Assembly (NCBI GenBank): GCA_046542505.1
Contig: JBKHBH010000064.1
Location: 1-12,263, forward strand
From: Thermovirgaceae bacterium
GTDB lineage: Bacteria; Synergistota; Synergistia; Synergistales; Thermovirgaceae
Direction of reading: 5' to 3'
DNA: 12,263 bases
In this document: one piece after another, positions 7,464 through 12,263 of the stretch
How the letters are laid out: each line of letters starts with the position of its first letter
Numbering within the stretch: the first letter of the stretch is position 1
Translations under genes and position numbers: made by a program
The notes under the pieces: model-generated
Databases searched by the model: none
Told to the model about the DNA's origin: nothing
What the model saw: the letters and a program-made list of their open reading frames with translations, nothing else

Positions 7464-8350
7464 AAGCCTCCTTCGAAGACATCGTCGCCCTTGCGGAAAC
7501 GGAGGGGCTTTCTTTCGCGGAAGCCGTCCTTGAACAGGAAAGCCGTATCACGGACGTCCCCGTGGCAAGGATCAAAGAAGGGATGGTTTCACGCCTGGAC
7601 GAGATAAAACGTTCCGCCCGCGAGGCTCTCGAATGCCACTGTGAAGGAAAAATCACCAATGCCGACGCTCCACTACTTGAAACCTACGGGAAGAGCGGCG
7701 AGCCCTTTTCAGGCCGTCTGACGCTCCGGGCCGCGGAAATCGCCCTGGCCGTCGCATCTTCCAATGCCTGCATGGGGCGCATCGTAGCCGCACCGACGGC
7801 CGGAAGCTGCGGGATAATCCCCGGAGTCCTCCTTGCATCCGGTGAATGTCGGGGATACGACGGACAAACCCTTCTCGAAGGACTCATCACCGCCGGAGGC
7901 ATCGGCCAGGTCATTGCTTCCAGGGCCACCCTCGCAGGCGCAGAGGGAGGGTGCCAGGCCGAATGCGGCGCTGCGACGGCCATGGCCGCCGGCGCCCTTG
8001 TCGCCATGGAAGGTCACGGGGCCGAAACAGTGGCCCACGCTTCGGCCCTGGCGCTCAAATCCATTCTCGGTCTCGTCTGCGACCCAGTGGCCGGCCTCGT
8101 GGAGGTTCCGTGCATCAAGCGAAACGGCGTCCTGACCGGCCTGTCTTCTGTTTGCGCCGACATGGCCGCGGCAGGCGTCAAGTCCGTCATTCCGCCCGAC
8201 GAGGTGGTGGATGCCCTTTCCAAAGTCGGGAAGGCGCTCCCCGAGACCCTTCGGGAAACGGGACTGGGAGGCCTCGCAGCAACCCCCGCTGGAAAGAGAC
8301 TCGCGGAAAATCTCAGGAAAACGGCACCGAAACTGGACGAAAGCTTTTGA
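7460..8350 (+). CDS. sdaAA: L-serine dehydratase, iron-sulfur-dependent, alpha subunit
   Basis: IVAAPTAGSCGIIPG, GAEGGCQAECG, GLVCDPVAGLVEVPCIKRN (the three [4Fe-4S] cysteines) and LRETGLGGLAATP; ATGA overlap with sdaAB. Confidence 0.96.
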   Translation: MKASFEDIVALAETEGLSFAEAVLEQESRITDVPVARIKEGMVSRLDEIKRSAREALECHCEGKITNADAPLLETYGKSGEPFSGRLTLRAAEIALAVASSNACMGRIVAAPTAGSCGIIPGVLLASGECRGYDGQTLLEGLITAGGIGQVIASRATLAGAEGGCQAECGAATAMAAGALVAMEGHGAETVAHASALALKSILGLVCDPVAGLVEVPCIKRNGVLTGLSSVCADMAAAGVKSVIPPDEVVDALSKVGKALPETLRETGLGGLAATPAGKRLAENLRKTAPKLDESF

Positions 8351-8376
8351 TGCGTAGACCACACAAGGAGGACGCC

Positions 8377-8844
8377 ATGCGACGCAAGGACAAGGAAATC
8401 ACAGACAGATCACGGATAGAGGAGATCCTCAAAAAAGAAAAGGTGTGCCGTATCGCTTTCTACGATGAACCGTATCCGTACATGATTCCCCTCTCTTACG
8501 GTTACGAAGAAGGCTCCATCTACTTTCACGGATTCCGGGAAGGGCACAAGATCGACTGCATCAGGAAAAATCCCAACGTCTGCTTCGAGATCGACGCCGA
8601 TATCGAAGTCGTCGAAAACCCAGACCCCTGTGAATGGACCGTGAAGTACCGGAGCGTCGTTGGTTTCGGCAGGGCGGCCCTTCTTGAAAACCCCGAAGAA
8701 AAGCGACATGGCCTCGATGTCATCGTGAAGCAGTTCGCCGGGAGGAGGCTTTCCTTTCCCGATGCCGCCATGAATGCCGTCGCCGTGGTCCGCATCGACA
8801 TCGATTCCATGACTGGCCGCAAAAACGGCTACGAAGACCGCTGA
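8377..8844 (+). CDS. Pyridoxamine 5'-phosphate oxidase-like / NimA-like flavin-nucleotide-binding protein
   Basis: MRRKDKEITD family start, PYMIPLSYGY, IYFHG..EGHKID.I..NPNVCFE, YRSVVGFG and MTGRK; perfect SD AAGGAGG at 8365-8371. Confidence 0.88.
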   Translation: MRRKDKEITDRSRIEEILKKEKVCRIAFYDEPYPYMIPLSYGYEEGSIYFHGFREGHKIDCIRKNPNVCFEIDADIEVVENPDPCEWTVKYRSVVGFGRAALLENPEEKRHGLDVIVKQFAGRRLSFPDAAMNAVAVVRIDIDSMTGRKNGYEDR

Positions 8845-8852
8845 GGGAACCC

Positions 8853-9476
8853 GTGGTGGAGCTTCTCGAAGGGTTCGTCCCCTGGCTGGTCGAAACCATA
8901 GGAACCATGGGCTACCCGGGGGTCATCGCCCTGATGTTCCTTGAGTCCTCCTTCTTCCCCTTCCCGAGCGAGGTGGTCGTCCCGCCCGCCGGGTATCTTG
9001 CGGCCACCGGACAGATGAACCTCCTGCTCGTCGTCGCCAGCGGAATCGCCGGAAGCATCCTGGGCGCTCTCTTCAACTACTGGATCTCCCTGAAATACGG
9101 GCGCCCCTTCTTCCAGCGCTGGGGGAAATACTTTTTTGTCGGCGGGAAAACCCTCGACAAGGCAGAGCTCTTCTTCAAGAAGCACGGCCATATCAGCACC
9201 TTCATAGGCCGCCTCATCCCCGGTGTCAGGCAGCTCATATCGCTGCCGGCCGGCGTGGCAAGGATGCGGATGGACCTGTTCCTTCTCTATACGGCCGTCG
9301 GATCGGGCATCTGGGTAACGGTCCTGGCTGTCATCGGCTACTGGGTGGGCAACAATCGAGAGCTGGTTATGGGGTACCTCGACAGGGCCACCATGTGGAT
9401 GGTCACCGGGTGCATCCTGCTGGCAGTCTTCTACGTGATCCGCCACAGGAGGAAAACCCGCCGTGAAGGGCAATGA
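8853..9476 (+). CDS. dedA: DedA family membrane protein
   Basis: LESSFFPFPSEVVVPPAG, GSILGALFNY, FIGRLIPGVRQLISLPAG and hydrophobic helices. Start is GTG 8853 or GTG 8856. Confidence 0.92.
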   Translation: MVELLEGFVPWLVETIGTMGYPGVIALMFLESSFFPFPSEVVVPPAGYLAATGQMNLLLVVASGIAGSILGALFNYWISLKYGRPFFQRWGKYFFVGGKTLDKAELFFKKHGHISTFIGRLIPGVRQLISLPAGVARMRMDLFLLYTAVGSGIWVTVLAVIGYWVGNNRELVMGYLDRATMWMVTGCILLAVFYVIRHRRKTRREGQ

Positions 9477-9478
9477 CG

Positions 9479-9510
9479 AAAAGGGCAGGGATCCTCCCGG
9501 CCTTTCTTTT
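9479..9510 (+). terminator. Putative Rho-independent terminator
   Basis: GGC-A-GGGA / TCC loop / TCCC-G-GCC stem (9484-9502) followed by TTTCTTTT, right after the dedA stop. The preceding AAAA suggests it may be bidirectional. Confidence 0.6.
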
Positions 9511-9537
9511 GACACAGTGCGAAAATTCGTATACTAT
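9509..9537 (+). promoter_or_regulatory. Near-consensus sigma70 promoter
   Basis: TTGACA (9509-9514)-N17-TACTAT (9532-9537); predicted TSS about 9543-9544. Confidence 0.75.
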
Positions 9538-9542
9538 ACACT

Positions 9543-9804
9543 ATGCTGAATGAACCTTTGTGCGCCTGAAGACACAGACGCATAGTTACCTCTTTTTTCT
9601 GGCGATAAATTGCTCCCTGCACCCCGTGTCCTCACAGACACCTTCAGGCGAAATGCGCTCTCCAGGTTTTTAGAATGCGAATTTTTCCGTTCAACGGGCA
9701 AGGTTTCCAAAGGCTTGCTGCTGTTGATATTTTTGTTTTCAAGCGAACAACGCCGGAGAGTGAACTCCGGCCGAATTCCCAAATTATCAAGAAGAGGTGA
9801 TTTC
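9543..9804 (+). promoter_or_regulatory. Long, probably structured 5' leader (or sRNA) of unassigned family
   Basis: About 260 nt between the predicted TSS and GTG 9805. Inverted repeats CGCCTGAAG/CTTCAGGCG, GTGTC/GACAC and GCCGGAG/CTCCGGC, with a U-tract at 9591-9600. Confidence 0.45.
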
Positions 9805-11433
9805 GTGCAGCAAAACGGAGCCAGACGCGTCGTCGAGACCCTCGAGGCTTGCGGCGTCACGACGGTTTTCGGAATTCCCGGAATCCACAATATTGCCATT
9901 TATGAAGCCCTCATCGGCAGCTCCATCCGCCATGTCACCGCCCGCCATGAGCAGGGCGCAGGATTTATGGCCGACGGCTGGGCCCGCTCGACGGGCAAGA
10001 CAGGAACGGCCCTGGTCATTTCCGGACCGGGCCTGACGAACATCCTGACCCCCATGGCCCAGGCCTATCACGACTCCATTCCCATGGTGGTCATCTCCAG
10101 CCAGATCCCCACGTCGTACATCGGGCAGGGGGCGGGGTTCCTTCACGAACTGGGAAACAGCACCCTGATGGCCAGGTCCGCTTCCAAGGAAAGCCGGAGA
10201 GTGGAAAGCCCTGACGAAATCTCCACGGCCCTTGAAGCCGCCTACAGGCTGGCCGAAACGGGCCGACCGGGTCCGGTGCACGTGGAGATTCCCATGGACA
10301 TCCTGGGCCTGGAAGCCTCTTCCGATTCAAAACCTTCCAAAACAAAACGGAACATCTGGAAGCCCGCGTTACAGCCGGAGGCTGTCCGTGCAGCGGCCGA
10401 AATCCTTGAAAGGTCCCGAAATCCTGTAATGATTCTCGGGGGCGGCTCTCGGGGAGCCTCCAAGGAAGCCCTTGAACTCTCTGAGGCCCTCGGCGCTGCT
10501 GTCATCGAATCCTGCGCAGGCAAGGGCGTCGTGGACGAGCGGCACCCCCTCTGCCTCGGCGCGCGGTCGCACTTTCCTACCGTCAGGACCTTTCTCGAGA
10601 CGGCTGACGTCATCCTGGCCGTCGGAACGGAACTCTCGCCCACGGATTTGTGGGAACTGCCTCTTCCCAAAAAGGGGACTCTCATACAGATCGACCTCGA
10701 CCCCGCAAATTTCGGCCGCAACGGCACGGCCGACATCGGAATCCGAGGAGACGCGGCGGATGTTCTTGCCGCCCTCGCACAGGCTCTTGGAGGAGACACC
10801 CCGTCACAGGAAGATCGTGCAGCGGAACTTTCGGAAATCAGGGATCGTTCACGGAGCGAACTCGGTTCCATCACTGGAATGGGGAAGGATCTCGCCGCAA
10901 TGGAAGAGCTCGTGTCGGTCCTGCGTCGGGAAATTCCCGATGAAGGCGTGCTCGTCGCAGACATGACGGGCCCCGCCTACGTGGCTATCAGCGAATACCC
11001 CGCGTACAGGCCTTCGACGTTTTTGCACCCTGTCGGCTTCGGGACCCTCGGGCTCGCCGTTCCGGCGGCGATCGGCGCAAAGGTCGCCATGCCCGATACG
11101 CCCGTGGCCGCCCTGACCGGCGACGGGGGGTTCCAGTTCACCATGGCCGAGATGGCCGTCGCCTGCCAGGAAGGCCTCTCCCTGCCCATTCTGATCTGGA
11201 ACGACCAGGGGTTCGGGGAAATCCGAAGAAACGAAAAAAGCTTCGGGTATCCCTCGCTGATCGCTGTAGACAACCCGGCGCCGGACTTCCAGGCCCTGGC
11301 GGCGTCCTGGGGCACCGCATATGCAAGGACCTCAACAGGCCGTGAGATCTCCGAAGCCCTGAAACATGCCTTCGGAGAATGTCGCCCCTCCATCATTGAG
11401 ATTACGCCGAAAGAAGGGACGAACCGCTCATGA
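9805..11433 (+). CDS. Thiamine-diphosphate-dependent enzyme of the acetolactate synthase superfamily, most like 5-guanidino-2-oxopentanoate (2-ketoarginine) decarboxylase AruI
   Basis: VFGIPGIHN, RHEQGAGFMADG (catalytic Glu), GPGLTN, GAGFLHE, FLHPVGFGTLG and the ThDP motif GDGGFQFT..IWND. SD GAGGTGA at 9794-9800 before GTG 9805. Superfamily call is firm; substrate is uncertain. Confidence 0.85.
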   Translation: MQQNGARRVVETLEACGVTTVFGIPGIHNIAIYEALIGSSIRHVTARHEQGAGFMADGWARSTGKTGTALVISGPGLTNILTPMAQAYHDSIPMVVISSQIPTSYIGQGAGFLHELGNSTLMARSASKESRRVESPDEISTALEAAYRLAETGRPGPVHVEIPMDILGLEASSDSKPSKTKRNIWKPALQPEAVRAAAEILERSRNPVMILGGGSRGASKEALELSEALGAAVIESCAGKGVVDERHPLCLGARSHFPTVRTFLETADVILAVGTELSPTDLWELPLPKKGTLIQIDLDPANFGRNGTADIGIRGDAADVLAALAQALGGDTPSQEDRAAELSEIRDRSRSELGSITGMGKDLAAMEELVSVLRREIPDEGVLVADMTGPAYVAISEYPAYRPSTFLHPVGFGTLGLAVPAAIGAKVAMPDTPVAALTGDGGFQFTMAEMAVACQEGLSLPILIWNDQGFGEIRRNEKSFGYPSLIAVDNPAPDFQALAASWGTAYARTSTGREISEALKHAFGECRPSIIEITPKEGTNRS

Positions 11434-12263
11434 GGATCAGGGGATTACGCCGAGCCGTAGAGGGACTGTCGCCCTACGTGCCGGGAAAGACCATTGAGGA
11501 AGTGCGCCGCGACCTCGGGCTCGAATCGATCATCAAGCTCGGATCCAACGAAAACCCTTACGCCCCCTTCCCCGCGGCGCTTGAGGCCATGAACCGGGAG
11601 CTTGGAAACGCCAACCGCTATCCCGACATCGCCTTCGAAAAAATCAAGGGGCTCATAGCCGACATCCACGGTGTCGGCCCGGAAAACGTCGCCATCTCCC
11701 ATGGCGCGGAGGGCATGCTCCAGGCCGTGGTCAAAAGTTTCCTGGAGGAAGGCGACGAGGTCGTCATCCCCGCGGCGACCTACAATCTTTACAGGGAACT
11801 CTCGAAGCTCATGGGAGCCTCCATCGTTGACGTACCCATGAAAGACCGGGCCATCGACCTCGAAGCCGTCAAGACCGCCGTCGGGCAAAAGACCAAGCTC
11901 CTCTGGCTCTGCAACCCAAACAACCCCACGGGGACATATTTCACCCACGACGAACTCGTGAACCTCTTGAAGGGGCTTCCCGAACACACCTGGGTGATCC
12001 TCGACGAGGCCTACGCCGAATTCGGGCCCAAGGGAAAGCTTCCCGACAGGGGCAGGCTCATCCGTGAAGGGTACAACCTCCTCTCGGTGCGCACCTTTTC
12101 GAAAGCCTACGGCCTTGCCGGCTTGCGCCTCGGATACGGGATGGCCAGGCCGGAGATGATTACCGTCATCGATACAGTGAGTGAACCATTCAACGCCAAC
12201 AGGATCGGCATCGCCGCAGGCGTGGCCGTTTTGACCGAAGACCGCCAGGCCTGCCGCCGGGCC
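11430..12263 (+). CDS. hisC: Histidinol-phosphate/aromatic aminotransferase family PLP enzyme (HisC-like; 3' end runs off the window)
   Basis: Translated by hand: YVPGKTIEEV, KLGSNENP, RYPD, CNPNNPTG, LDEAYAEF and RTFSKAYGLAGLRLG (PLP Lys225 at nt 12102-12104). ATGA overlap with the upstream stop. It may be a paralogue rather than the biosynthetic hisC. Confidence 0.85.
   Translation, partial: MRIRGLRRAVEGLSPYVPGKTIEEVRRDLGLESIIKLGSNENPYAPFPAALEAMNRELGNANRYPDIAFEKIKGLIADIHGVGPENVAISHGAEGMLQAVVKSFLEEGDEVVIPAATYNLYRELSKLMGASIVDVPMKDRAIDLEAVKTAVGQKTKLLWLCNPNNPTGTYFTHDELVNLLKGLPEHTWVILDEAYAEFGPKGKLPDRGRLIREGYNLLSVRTFSKAYGLAGLRLGYGMARPEMITVIDTVSEPFNANRIGIAAGVAVLTEDRQACRRA

Noticed and set aside
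7846..8376. N-terminal extension of the 332-aa ORF 7846-8844
   Set aside because: Arg/Gly-rich off-frame read of sdaAA; the family N-terminus and SD point to ATG 8377.
8377..8844. Calling this a nim nitroimidazole-resistance gene
   Set aside because: It belongs to the broad PNPOx/NimA-like family; resistance cannot be inferred from sequence and there is no IS or mobile context.
9431..9583. Minus-strand 50-aa ORF (MRLCLQAHKG...) preceded by AAGAGGT
   Set aside because: SD spacing is only 4 nt, it runs through the promoter and terminator into dedA antisense, and it shows no recognisable protein features.
9600..9614. Sigma54-like TGGCGATAAATTGCT
   Set aside because: GG-GC spacing is 9 nt rather than the strictly required 10.
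9555..9665. Glycine-riboswitch-like words on the minus strand (GGAGAG..CGCCTGAAGG..CTTCAGG)
   Set aside because: Wrong orientation for any downstream gene, and the helix pairs perfectly, lacking the asymmetric ligand-binding bulge.
9784..9800. TTATCAAGAAGAGGTG resembling a SAM-I 5' strand
   Set aside because: None of the rest of the aptamer follows; it is the SD region of the next gene.
9610..9804. 65-aa N-terminal extension of the ThDP enzyme from TTG 9610
   Set aside because: No SD; family similarity begins at GTG 9805, which has GAGGTGA upstream.
1..12263. CRISPR array, IS/integrase, prophage, tRNA/rRNA or defence cassette
   Set aside because: No regularly spaced short repeats, terminal inverted repeats, recombinase or phage motifs, or RNA-gene signatures seen. 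rmuC has a nuclease-like fold but sits in an ordinary chromosomal context.

Overview
GC-rich bacterial chromosomal segment made up of metabolic and regulatory genes. The split Fe-S serine dehydratase, the lone prepilin and the PAS-rich protein suggest an anaerobic amino-acid fermenter such as a Synergistota member, but this is inference only. The order is: rmuC (minus strand, runs off the left edge); divergently, an iron-sulfur flavoprotein coupled to a DUF1989 protein; a lone type IV pilin/pseudopilin gene; a probable five-gene operon (1249-aa PAS/GAF protein with no recognisable output domain, sdaAB, sdaAA, a PNPOx/NimA-like flavoprotein, dedA) ending in an intrinsic terminator; then a near-consensus sigma70 promoter, a ~260-nt structured leader, an AruI-like ThDP-dependent 2-oxoacid decarboxylase and a coupled HisC-family aminotransferase (runs off the right edge). 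No mobile element, CRISPR array, tRNA or rRNA was seen. The most notable observations are an apparent AUA start for sdaAB inside the end of the output-less sensor gene, the unassigned leader RNA, and the decarboxylase+aminotransferase pair as a possible amino-acid catabolic route.
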